Program-made: the position numbers and the translations under genes
Shown: piece by piece, positions 40,168-48,557 of the stretch
How positions within the stretch are numbered: position 1 is the first letter of the stretch
Layout of the letters: the number at the start of each line of letters is the position of its first letter
Notes under the pieces: generated by a model
What the model was told of the DNA's origin: nothing
The model's input: the letters and a program-made list of their open reading frames with translations, nothing else
Database searches by the model: none
Virus record (IMG/VR): IMGVR_UViG_3300021400_000049
Location: 10,462 to 74,461 of that record
Reading direction: 5' to 3' (one strand)
DNA: 64,000 nucleotides
Source: a virus
Lineage: Duplodnaviria > Caudoviricetes

Positions 40168-40202
40168 AGCTCCGCCCATTATCTGAGCGGAGCTTTTCTT
40201 TT
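40168..40202 (+). terminator. Terminator closing the early region
   Basis: AGCTCCGC/GCGGAGCT followed by TTTCTTTT. Confidence 0.65.
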
Positions 40203-40383
40203 GCCCATTTATTACCTCTAGAGGTATATATTAATATAGAAGAAACGGAACCTAAAATATAAAAATCATTGACACCGCCTTCTTTTTAGATGTATTATAA
40301 CCATGCAGAGAATAGTGAGGCGAGAGTGAAAACCATGACCCCTAAAAGAGATTGAGATTGGGGTATGAAGGAGTAGCTAGGCC

Positions 40384-40463
40384 AAGCGAAAAACGGTTAA
40401 GCGAAAGAAACATGGGCTTACTGAAAAGAAACGATGGCTTACTGAGCAGAAACTGGCAGAAAC
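40384..40463. repeat. 21-bp-period tandem repeats
   Basis: AGAAAC at 40406, 40427, 40448, 40458; GGCTTACTGA at 40415 and 40436; AAGCGAAA at 40384 and 40399. Confidence 0.6.
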
Positions 40464-40538
40464 GAACATTCAAATACAGGTGTCATTACTAGGCAGAGAT
40501 ATGGAATTTACATACCTCTGGTTTTGTGCGTCTGGAAT

Positions 40539-40651
40539 CCATTCTTTTAGGCCCATCAACTCTTTGCCCATATTCCCATAGAGGCCCATTGTCTATTAGG
40601 CCCATTCCTCTATAGGCCCTTTGCTGACGTAGGCCATTGAAGCCCCTGGCC
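40539..40651. repeat. (AGG)CCCAT repeat array
   Basis: CC(C) units at 40552, 40567, 40575, 40585, 40601, 40617, 40634. Confidence 0.6.
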
Positions 40652-40725
40652 ACACACAGGTGGTGTGGTGGTATGTGAGCTTCGCTCACAGAGGATCTGC
40701 TTGCACACAATGTAATAGAATAAAG

Positions 40726-40814
40726 TGTTATTGTTTACAATTAAATAATAAACAATGTTGTTGTTTACATTTTTTAAAATTGTACTTGTAAACAATAACA
40801 ACTTATGATAATAT
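40726..40814 (+). promoter_or_regulatory. Promoter with a 15-bp perfect inverted repeat of the TGTAAACAA motif
   Basis: TGTTATTGTTTACAA (40726-40740) / TTGTAAACAATAACA (40786-40800); TTGTAA-17-TAATAT with TGn. Confidence 0.65.
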
Positions 40815-40937
40815 GATATTGAGCTTCAATAAAGCGTGAGCTTTGAAGCGTGTTCTATCTGTACTTTAACAAACATAGTTAGCTACTAACTATCATATGG
40901 AAACGTAAACACACTATATCGAAACGAGGTAACGAAA

Positions 40938-41555
40938 ATGGAAAAAACAACTATTCTCAGTAACTACAAACTCGCACAAGCTACTTTTGACAACACTAAT
41001 AAGCGTGTTGCGATGACTGACAAGGAGCTTGCAACGCTTAGAGCGATATGCAAAACTAAGACTTTCGGTCTTGTATCGTTAATTGACGATATAGACAACA
41101 TTGCAACGTTCAATGGCGATTATGATTGCAAGCTTGCTCAGAGCGGTAACGCAAAAGAGCACACACTCGTGTCTATATGGAGTCGTAACGCTATTAAACA
41201 CGTTACTAAAAAGAGTGACTATAGAGACTTTGGTGTACGTTTTCACGTTGATAAGCTTGCTCAGCTTTACAAAAATAAAGACTTTGCAAAGCTGATAGAA
41301 AATAGCAACGTGCAAGTGTATTCTCACAGAGACGGTCTTGAAATAAGATTTACGTTTAAGTCACTTGCTGACTGTCTCAAGTTTGTTGCTGATATAGACA
41401 ACGCAACAAAAGAGACTCAAAGCAAGACTCAGACTCAAAAAGAGACAAAGTCTCAGAGCAAAGCAAAAGAGCAAAGCAAGACTCAGAGCAAAGCAAAAGA
41501 GACAAAGTCTCAGAGTAAAAGCAAGACTCTAAAAGAGACTCAGAAAAAAGCGTAA
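40938..41555 (+). CDS. Proline-free hypothetical protein with a basic K/S/Q/T low-complexity tail
   Basis: GAGGT RBS; 205 aa with no Pro; gene contains no CC. Confidence 0.8.
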   Translation: MEKTTILSNYKLAQATFDNTNKRVAMTDKELATLRAICKTKTFGLVSLIDDIDNIATFNGDYDCKLAQSGNAKEHTLVSIWSRNAIKHVTKKSDYRDFGVRFHVDKLAQLYKNKDFAKLIENSNVQVYSHRDGLEIRFTFKSLADCLKFVADIDNATKETQSKTQTQKETKSQSKAKEQSKTQSKAKETKSQSKSKTLKETQKKA

Positions 41556-41627
41556 ATGCTCATGATAGCAACATTTATAGTAGTGATAATATTATTCTTA
41601 CTCTTACTTGCTTTTATCTTTTGCTGA
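41556..41627 (+). CDS. 23-aa hydrophobic single-pass membrane peptide (not in ORF track)
   Basis: TAA-ATG junction with the upstream gene; MLMIATFIVVIILFLLLLAFIFC. Confidence 0.45.
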   Translation: MLMIATFIVVIILFLLLLAFIFC

Positions 41628-41640
41628 TAGCTTAAACATT

Positions 41641-41673
41641 AAAGCACTAGCATTTTTTGCTAGTGCTTTTTTG
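41641..41673. terminator. Intrinsic, probably bidirectional terminator
   Basis: AAAGCACTAGCA-TTTTT-TGCTAGTGCTTT. Confidence 0.8.
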
Positions 41674-41770
41674 TTTGCATTAAAGCGTTACATACCACCC
41701 AGCATCTTTGTTAGCATATGCTAACACGATTGCTGAGTGAGGGGTCTTGCTCCCGTAGGTCAGCATTTTT

Positions 41771-41951
41771 TATAATGACCGTGTCTCACTTATAAAGCCC
41801 GTGGTCTTTCTCCCACAGGAGGCTGCTTTTTATAAAGACCGTGTCACTTAGGTTTTATTTATAATGACCGTGCCACTCAGATTATTCTTTCCAGTAAGAG
41901 GCTTTCTGTCTAAAATACCTGGCCACATATAATCTAAAGACCGTGAAACAC
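41771..41951. repeat. Five TATAAWG(A/C)CCGTG repeats upstream of the terminase operon
   Basis: Copies at 41771, 41791, 41831, 41860 and about 41933; four are followed by GTG-N2-3-CAC. Confidence 0.7.
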
Positions 41952-42027
41952 TCAGCATCGGTCCAGGAACTTGCTACTGATTACATTTTAGTGTTATAGT
42001 ATGTTTACAATAATAAGGAGAATAACT

Positions 42028-42396
42028 ATGTCACCAACACCAATAACGATAGCTAGGACAATAGCAAATGCGCTGAACATGATATATGGCACACATATAG
42101 TAATAAATACGTCACAGTTCTTTGGCGGCGAAGGTAAATTAGTACGAATGTATGTCATTAAAGACGCATTTTATTATGGCGGTAAAAGTGAGTATTCAGA
42201 TAAAGAGCTATTCAAGACCGCCAGCGGAGTGTATGCGTGTTTGTACATGAGGGATATGCTTAATGCCTTCAAGGGAGAAGAGATTAAGGAGGATAATCAA
42301 GGTTATCTTAATGTTTTAGCTAAGAAGAATGGCAGAGCTAATATAGATTACATGGTGAAAACTTATTTAGGAGGAAAGGAAAATGGCAACGATTAA
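42028..42396 (+). CDS. Hypothetical protein upstream of terS
   Basis: Extended -10 TGTTATAGT at 41992-42000; AAGGAG RBS. Confidence 0.6.
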   Translation: MSPTPITIARTIANALNMIYGTHIVINTSQFFGGEGKLVRMYVIKDAFYYGGKSEYSDKELFKTASGVYACLYMRDMLNAFKGEEIKEDNQGYLNVLAKKNGRANIDYMVKTYLGGKENGND

Positions 42397-42883
42397 CTCA
42401 CAGATACCTGAGGATGCTTCGCCCAGAACACTGGATAAATTGCTTACAGGAACTTGCATTACTCACGATGGCTCAAGAATCTCACCTAAACAGGATAAGT
42501 TTATTAACCTGTATATCAAATACTCTGATCCTGCTCAGGCTGCGGAAGAAGCAGGATACATGGTTAGGAATACTAGAAAAGACAAGAGAGCCGCATATGC
42601 CAGAAAAGGCAAAGAGTTGCTTAGAGATGATGTTATAAGGAATGAAATTGCGGCTAGAATGGATGATATTAGAGGAGCTGAGATTGCTGACGCTACGGAA
42701 GTTCTAGTCTATCTTACAAGGGTTATGAGAGGAGAAGTTAAAGACCAGTTTGGAATTGACGCTTCGTTGCAGGAAAGAACTGCGGCGGCTAAAGAGCTTA
42801 ACAGAAGGCTCAGAGAGCTTGAACAGGATAAAGAGATGGGTGGAACTGGTAAAGAAGTACACCTCATATTGAGGAGAGAGTGA
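42383..42883 (+). CDS. terS: Terminase small subunit
   Basis: SPKQDKFINLYI...AAEEAGY; EVLVYLTRVMRGE; RTAAAKEL. Confidence 0.85.
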   Translation: MATINSQIPEDASPRTLDKLLTGTCITHDGSRISPKQDKFINLYIKYSDPAQAAEEAGYMVRNTRKDKRAAYARKGKELLRDDVIRNEIAARMDDIRGAEIADATEVLVYLTRVMRGEVKDQFGIDASLQERTAAAKELNRRLRELEQDKEMGGTGKEVHLILRRE

Positions 42884-42886
42884 TTT

Positions 42887-44194
42887 ATGGGTAGACACAA
42901 AAAGGCTAAGGAGAAAAATGGTGAAATTGTTTTGGATGTTAATGAAGCCATTGCTCCTGTTTATTTTGACGCTATGGATGATATTTTAGACCATAAGCAC
43001 GTTCATTATGTGTTTAAAGGCGGAAGAGGTTCTGCTAAATCTTCTTTTATTTCTGAAATGATACCTCTGGTATTAGTGAATAATCCTAAAGTTCATGCCC
43101 TTGTATTCCGAAAGATAGGTAATACTATAAAGAACTCTGTATGGTCACAGGTAGTATGGGGCATAGATAAATGGGGCCTAAGAGATTACTTTCAGATACC
43201 TAAGACTATTGCAAATCCTATAGTGTATAAACCTACAGGTCAGCAGATATTGTTTATGGGACTTGATGATCCTAACAAAGTTAAGTCTGTAAAGTTGCCT
43301 TTTGGATATATAGGAATAACATGGTTTGAAGAGTTAGACCAATTTGCAGGTGAGAAGGAAATTCGTAAAGTATTACAGTCTACAATGAGAGGTGGATTAT
43401 TATTTTGGGATTTTCGTTCATTTAACCCACCTATATCTAATCTAAACTGGGCTAATCAGTATGCTACAGATGCACTCAGTAGAGAGAACACACTGGTAAC
43501 CTCGACAAATTACATTGATATACCTGAAGAATGGCTTGGACAAGCGTTTATAGATGAAGCTGAGGACTTGAAAGAGACAAATCCACGAGCTTATGAGCAT
43601 GAGTATTTAGGTATACCTGTTGGTACAGGCGGTAATGTCTTTGAAAATGTTGAGCCTATGTACATGAATGATGATTTTATACTTGGCTTTGAAAGATGGT
43701 TAAGAGGAGTCGATTGGGGATGGTTCCCAGACCCATTTGCTTTCACATTATCTCACTTTGAGCCATCTACAAGAACTTTGTATATATTTGGTGAGTTTAG
43801 GTGTAACAAGTTATCTAATAGAGACACTTTCGATAAGGTGTTTAACGAATTACAAATTGCTGGAAGACCACTTGCATCTCCTGATGATATTATAATCTGT
43901 GATAGTGCTGAACCTAAGTCTATTTCTGACTGGAAGAGCTACGGAGCATATGGTGCTAGACCTGCTAAGAAGGAGCCTGACAGTGTTACTTACTCTATGA
44001 AGTGGCTACAGTCACTAAAGCATATTTATATTGATCCTAAGAGATGCCCAGCTACATACAAAGAATTTATCGAATATGAGTATGATAGGGATAAAGAAGA
44101 TGAAGTTATCAGTGGTTATCCTGATAAAGATAACCACTCCATCGACTCTGTGCGTTATGCTACTTCCAAGTATTGGGTAAGAAGAGGACAGTAA
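42887..44194 (+). CDS. terL: Terminase large subunit, PBSX/SPP1-like
   Basis: GGRGSAKS; WFEEL; GVDWG; DSAEP; DNHSIDSVRYA. Confidence 0.92.
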   Translation: MGRHKKAKEKNGEIVLDVNEAIAPVYFDAMDDILDHKHVHYVFKGGRGSAKSSFISEMIPLVLVNNPKVHALVFRKIGNTIKNSVWSQVVWGIDKWGLRDYFQIPKTIANPIVYKPTGQQILFMGLDDPNKVKSVKLPFGYIGITWFEELDQFAGEKEIRKVLQSTMRGGLLFWDFRSFNPPISNLNWANQYATDALSRENTLVTSTNYIDIPEEWLGQAFIDEAEDLKETNPRAYEHEYLGIPVGTGGNVFENVEPMYMNDDFILGFERWLRGVDWGWFPDPFAFTLSHFEPSTRTLYIFGEFRCNKLSNRDTFDKVFNELQIAGRPLASPDDIIICDSAEPKSISDWKSYGAYGARPAKKEPDSVTYSMKWLQSLKHIYIDPKRCPATYKEFIEYEYDRDKEDEVISGYPDKDNHSIDSVRYATSKYWVRRGQ

Positions 44195-44223
44195 TTGAAT
44201 ACACAGCCACTGAATGTTATACT
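44195..44223 (+). promoter_or_regulatory. Promoter for the portal gene
   Basis: TTGAAT-17-TATACT with extended TG. Confidence 0.55.
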
Positions 44224-44259
44224 ACATATAATGAAGGTCATTTGTAGAGGAGAACAGAA

Positions 44260-46056
44260 ATGAGCTTATGGGATAAATTGAAAGGAGCAATAAAGTCTAT
44301 GTTTGGGCGTGATGTTGTTGAAAAAGTGCTATCTGTGAAGTCGGCAGTATCTGACGATATGGTGAATAGTATTCAACTCTGGTCAGCTATGTATGAAGGA
44401 AGAGCCCCGTGGCTAAAAGAGGCTACTCCAGGTAGTCCTGAGAGAGTAGTATCACTTGGTCTACCAGCTCTTATAGCTAGTGAGAAAGCAAGAATGGTTA
44501 CATTAGAGATGGAGAGTGAAATTACTCCACCTATGAAGGATGTAGAGAAAGAGAACCCCGATTATCAGCCACCTGGTATTGATGCTGATGGTAATCCTAC
44601 AATGGGACAGGGTGCTATGATGATTACAGAGCCTGAGCCAGATGGTCCTGTAGAGAGGGCTAACTTTTTGAATGATTCTTATAAGAAGTTGCTCAAACAG
44701 ATAAGAAGACAGTTGGAATATGGTATAGCTAAGGGTGGATTAGTTATTAAGCCATATATTGTGATGTATGATGAAGGTTCACCTACTATTGAAGATAAGA
44801 CGAAAGAAGAAAGTGAGCGACTATCTTCTGAAAAGCCTTTGCCTAAGTATGAGTTTAATTTTGACTTTGTACAGGCTGACAGATTCTATCCTCTTTCTTT
44901 TGATAACAACGGAAAAATAACTGAGGCAGCCTTCTTACAGACAAAGACTGATAACGATAAAGTGTATACAAGAGTAGAGTATCATAAGCTGGAAGGTAGA
45001 ACGATTACAGTCAAAAACTATGCTTTTGTATCTCACAATAATACAGGAATAAACAGAATCTTTGTTCCTACAACTGTTAGTGATTTAGGTAAGCCTTGTG
45101 CATTAGCGGAAGTTTCTGAGTGGGCTAATCTTGAAGAAGAAGTAACTATTAAGAATGTTGATAGGCCTCTGTTTGCATATTTTAAAATGCCTGAAGCTAA
45201 TACTATTGATCCATACTCACCTCTTGGAGTATCAGGATATAGTAGAGTTGTTTCCCTCATTAAAGATGCTGATGAACAGTATTCAAGAATGTTGTGGGAA
45301 TTTGAAGGCGGAGAGCTTGCTATTGATGTAGACCGAGATGCCTTGAAGATTACAGAGTATCAGAATAGACAACATCAGACAGAGATGCCGGCTAAACAGG
45401 AAAGATTGTTCAGAAAGGTAGACCTGAATAGTGAGGAAACATATAATGTATTTGCTCCTGCGTTAAGAGACCAGTCACTTGCTAATGGACTCAATATCAT
45501 TCTCACAAGAATAGAGGATATTGTAGGCTTTAGTAGAGGTACAATATCAGAAGATGTGGGCAACATTGAAAAGACTGCAACCGAGCTAAAAATCAATAAA
45601 CAGAGGAGCTATTCTACTAATGCTGATATACAGGCAGCCCTTGAAGATGCTTTAAGAGATGCAGTTTACGCTATGGATGTGTATTGTACACTCTATCAAG
45701 TAACACCTCCTGGTGAGTATCAGATTTCATTTGAGTGGGATGATTCTATCATTGTTGATACAGAAGCAGAGCTGAATACAAGAATGTCCATGATAAATGC
45801 AGGCATTACATCTAAGCTAGAGACTAGAATGTGGTACTTCGGTGAAACAGAGAATCAGGCTAAAGCCGCATTACAGAAAGTTGATGATGAGAAGAAGCAG
45901 AGTATGGAAACAAATATTCAGGCTCAAGCTCAGTTAGGTGATGTTGCTCAAGGTAAAGATTTCTCAGGAAATAATAACAATCCTGAGCCAGATGCAGAAA
46001 AGAAGGATGTTACTAAACACAACACATCAAATAAGAATGCGGTAGCTAAAAACTAG
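44260..46056 (+). CDS. Portal protein (A118/SPP1-like)
   Basis: Follows terL; LEYGIAKGGLVIKPY; PLGVSGY; KTATE; FEWDDSII. Confidence 0.85.
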   Translation: MSLWDKLKGAIKSMFGRDVVEKVLSVKSAVSDDMVNSIQLWSAMYEGRAPWLKEATPGSPERVVSLGLPALIASEKARMVTLEMESEITPPMKDVEKENPDYQPPGIDADGNPTMGQGAMMITEPEPDGPVERANFLNDSYKKLLKQIRRQLEYGIAKGGLVIKPYIVMYDEGSPTIEDKTKEESERLSSEKPLPKYEFNFDFVQADRFYPLSFDNNGKITEAAFLQTKTDNDKVYTRVEYHKLEGRTITVKNYAFVSHNNTGINRIFVPTTVSDLGKPCALAEVSEWANLEEEVTIKNVDRPLFAYFKMPEANTIDPYSPLGVSGYSRVVSLIKDADEQYSRMLWEFEGGELAIDVDRDALKITEYQNRQHQTEMPAKQERLFRKVDLNSEETYNVFAPALRDQSLANGLNIILTRIEDIVGFSRGTISEDVGNIEKTATELKINKQRSYSTNADIQAALEDALRDAVYAMDVYCTLYQVTPPGEYQISFEWDDSIIVDTEAELNTRMSMINAGITSKLETRMWYFGETENQAKAALQKVDDEKKQSMETNIQAQAQLGDVAQGKDFSGNNNNPEPDAEKKDVTKHNTSNKNAVAKN

Positions 46057-46067
46057 CCCGCTTAATG

Positions 46068-46260
46068 TTTACATATACGAAAATGTGTTCTATAATGAAT
46101 GTGGGTGAGATGTTGACTCGGTCGCATTTTCCCCTCCTAGGGCCCAGAGGAGTTTTCCTCTGGGTTGAGGTAATAACTCGATATGAGATTATTATAAATT
46201 CGTCAATGCGGTGCGACATTTAACCACCCGCACATTCCAGCGTAGAGCGTGACTACGCAC
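46068..46260 (+). ncRNA. Promoter plus multi-stem leader RNA upstream of the scaffold gene (GP20-type motif candidate)
   Basis: TTTACA-17-TATAAT; nested stems GATGTTG/CGACATT, TCGCATT/AATGCGG, CCCAGAGG/CCTCTGGG, GCGTAG/CTACGC. Confidence 0.55.
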
Positions 46261-46301
46261 TTACAAATTAAACGGATATAAGAATGTAGAAGGAGAAAAG
46301 T

Positions 46302-46973
46302 ATGTTACTAAAGGAAATTTTTGACAAGGCAACATCTGAAAACGGCGCTCTTACATTGGAGGAGTTTGAGCGTATTGCTAAGGAAAACAAAGCAAAATTC
46401 ACAGATTTATCTGAAGGTAAATATGTGGATCGACAGAAGTATGAGGATGACCTTGCTAAGAAGGACACAGAGATTACATCTCTGAATGACACAATCACTA
46501 GCAGAAACGCAGACCTCGAGCAGTTAAAAACTCAGCTCAAAGATGCTGGTAGTGATGCCGGAAAGTTAGAGGAGCTTAATAGCAATCTAACCGCTTTACA
46601 GGCTAAGTATGATGCTGACACCGCAGCCCTTCAAACTAAGCTATCAACACAGGCCTATGAGTTTGCAGTTCGTGATTATGCAGGTAAACAGAAATTCTCT
46701 AGTGAGGCCGCTAGAAGGGACTTCACACGCTCAATGATAGACAAAAAGCTCCCTATGGAAGATGGAGCTATCATGGGAGCAGATGATTATATGAAGGCAT
46801 ATGCTAAAGCAAACGCTGATGCATTTATTCAGAAAGAATCAGCTCCTAAAGCACCTGCTCCTGAGTTTGTAGGCTCAGCTACAGGTGGTAAAGATAAAGC
46901 TACAAAAATGTCATTATCAGAGATGATGGCAAAGAAGAATGAAGATCCAAATTTTGTTATAAGTTTTGACTAA
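46302..46973 (+). CDS. Capsid scaffolding protein (Phage GP20-like)
   Basis: Coiled coil; GKYVDRQKY; located between portal and MCP. Confidence 0.8.
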   Translation: MLLKEIFDKATSENGALTLEEFERIAKENKAKFTDLSEGKYVDRQKYEDDLAKKDTEITSLNDTITSRNADLEQLKTQLKDAGSDAGKLEELNSNLTALQAKYDADTAALQTKLSTQAYEFAVRDYAGKQKFSSEAARRDFTRSMIDKKLPMEDGAIMGADDYMKAYAKANADAFIQKESAPKAPAPEFVGSATGGKDKATKMSLSEMMAKKNEDPNFVISFD

Positions 46974-46992
46974 TTGAAAGGAGAAAAATATT

Positions 46993-48060
46993 ATGCCATT
47001 TTTTGATGCGAAATTATTTAATGGTGAAGTATTTCAGAAATATGTAGATAGAATTCCTAATATGCATCTGAATACACTTATTAAGTCTGGAGCAATCGTT
47101 GGCAGACCTGAGCTTGCGGCTTCAATGTCTGACCAGGTTGGTGGTAACTACTTGACCACACCTCTTAAGGGTCTCATCGGTGGAACACCTCTGAACTATG
47201 ATGGTGTTACAAACATCACATCTACAGGAACACAGACTTATTCACATTCCAGAGTTGTTGTAGGACGTGCTAAAGCATGGACAGAAAAGGATTTCTCTTA
47301 CGACATCACTGGCGGAGTAGACTTCATGCAGAATGTCGCTGAACAGGTTGCTGAGTATTGGGATGAGCAGGATCAGGCACTTCTTATCAAGATTCTTGAT
47401 GGTGTGTTCGCTATGTCAGACGATGCAGGAGCTGAGTTTGTAGAGGAGCATACACATGATGTATCTGGTGTTACAAACAGTGAGGGTGTTCTTGGTTACA
47501 TGGATGCAACCACACTTAACACTGGTATGCAGAAGGCTATGGGAGACCATAAGCAGAAGTTCGCTCTTACACTTATGCATTCCGCAGTAGCTACACATCT
47601 TGAGAACTTGAAGGTACTTGTTTACCTCAAGTACAACGATGCTAACGGTATGGAGAGAGACCTTAACATCGGTACTCTTAACGGACGTATGGTTATCGTT
47701 GATGATGATATGCCTGTTATCACAGAAGGATCTGGCACATCAGCAGTTAAGAAGTATGTTACTTATGTATTCGGTCAGGGTGCAGTTGAGTACACTAACT
47801 GCGGTGCTAAGGTTCCTGCTGAGATGGCAAGAGATCCTTATAAGAACGGCGGTGAGGATACACTCATCACAAGAAATAGAAAGTGCTTTGCTCCTTATGG
47901 AATTTCCTTCAAGGGCATCGGCGACATCGCAACACTTTCTCCTACAGACGCAGAGCTTGCAACTGGCGCTAACTGGGAGATTGTAAATACAGGCGGATCA
48001 TCTAAGATGTATCTTCCTCACAAGGCTATTCCTATTGCCAGAGTAATTTCACTCGGCTAA
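46993..48060 (+). CDS. Major capsid protein
   Basis: FNGEVFQKYV; NYDGVTNI; MHSAVATHL; GTLNGRMVIVDD; GGEDTLITR. Confidence 0.88.
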   Translation: MPFFDAKLFNGEVFQKYVDRIPNMHLNTLIKSGAIVGRPELAASMSDQVGGNYLTTPLKGLIGGTPLNYDGVTNITSTGTQTYSHSRVVVGRAKAWTEKDFSYDITGGVDFMQNVAEQVAEYWDEQDQALLIKILDGVFAMSDDAGAEFVEEHTHDVSGVTNSEGVLGYMDATTLNTGMQKAMGDHKQKFALTLMHSAVATHLENLKVLVYLKYNDANGMERDLNIGTLNGRMVIVDDDMPVITEGSGTSAVKKYVTYVFGQGAVEYTNCGAKVPAEMARDPYKNGGEDTLITRNRKCFAPYGISFKGIGDIATLSPTDAELATGANWEIVNTGGSSKMYLPHKAIPIARVISLG

Positions 48061-48109
48061 TAACAGCGGGTTCCTCCTCTGTTTAAATCTAAGAAAGGCG
48101 GTCAAGTCT

Positions 48110-48556
48110 ATGTATCTAACATTTGAAGAATATTCTGAATATGGTGGGACACTAGATGAGACCGCCTTTAATGATTTAGAATTTGATGCAGAAAGCACAA
48201 TAAACTGGTATACATTTAACCGACTCAAAAGACCAGAGTGGGCAGAAGCATTAAATACAGAGGAGTTAAAACGTTGTGTATATCAGCTTATACGTCTGAA
48301 ACAGATGGAAGATGCACTCCTTACATCAAGCGTAGGTGGTGTAGGTGCAGGAGTTGGATGGACAAAAGAAGCTGGAATAACACAGGAGTCTAATGACGGA
48401 GTGTCTACGAGCTACAACACTTTAAGTAGTGGTGAACTCATGGCATTTCTTAACGGCTCTAAAACAAAGAAAGACCTCATTGACCAGTATCTTAATAGCA
48501 TAGTCAATGATTTAGGAAGAAAACTTCTCTATAGGGGAGTTTATCCGGGAGAGTAA
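48110..48556 (+). CDS. Head-tail connector/adaptor
   Basis: YLTFEEYSEYGG; ESNDGVSTSY; ends LLYRGV. Confidence 0.75.
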   Translation: MYLTFEEYSEYGGTLDETAFNDLEFDAESTINWYTFNRLKRPEWAEALNTEELKRCVYQLIRLKQMEDALLTSSVGGVGAGVGWTKEAGITQESNDGVSTSYNTLSSGELMAFLNGSKTKKDLIDQYLNSIVNDLGRKLLYRGVYPGE

Positions 48557-48557
48557 T

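Noticed and set aside
40307-40322. GAGAATAGTGAGGC as a trans-acting guide complementary to the polA break site (GCCGACTATTCTT)
   Set aside because: An 8-mer match is expected a few times by chance in 64 kb of this composition, the G-U wobble is misplaced for a frame-restoring splice, and no ribozyme core follows.
38759-40801. ORFs 39135-39341(-), 39585-39803(+), 40489-40710(-), 40610-40801(-) as real genes
   Set aside because: No RBS, atypical composition, and they run through repeat arrays or promoters.
30428-41951. CRISPR array
   Set aside because: Repeats are degenerate, irregularly spaced and separated by whole genes or very short linkers, not by uniform unique spacers.
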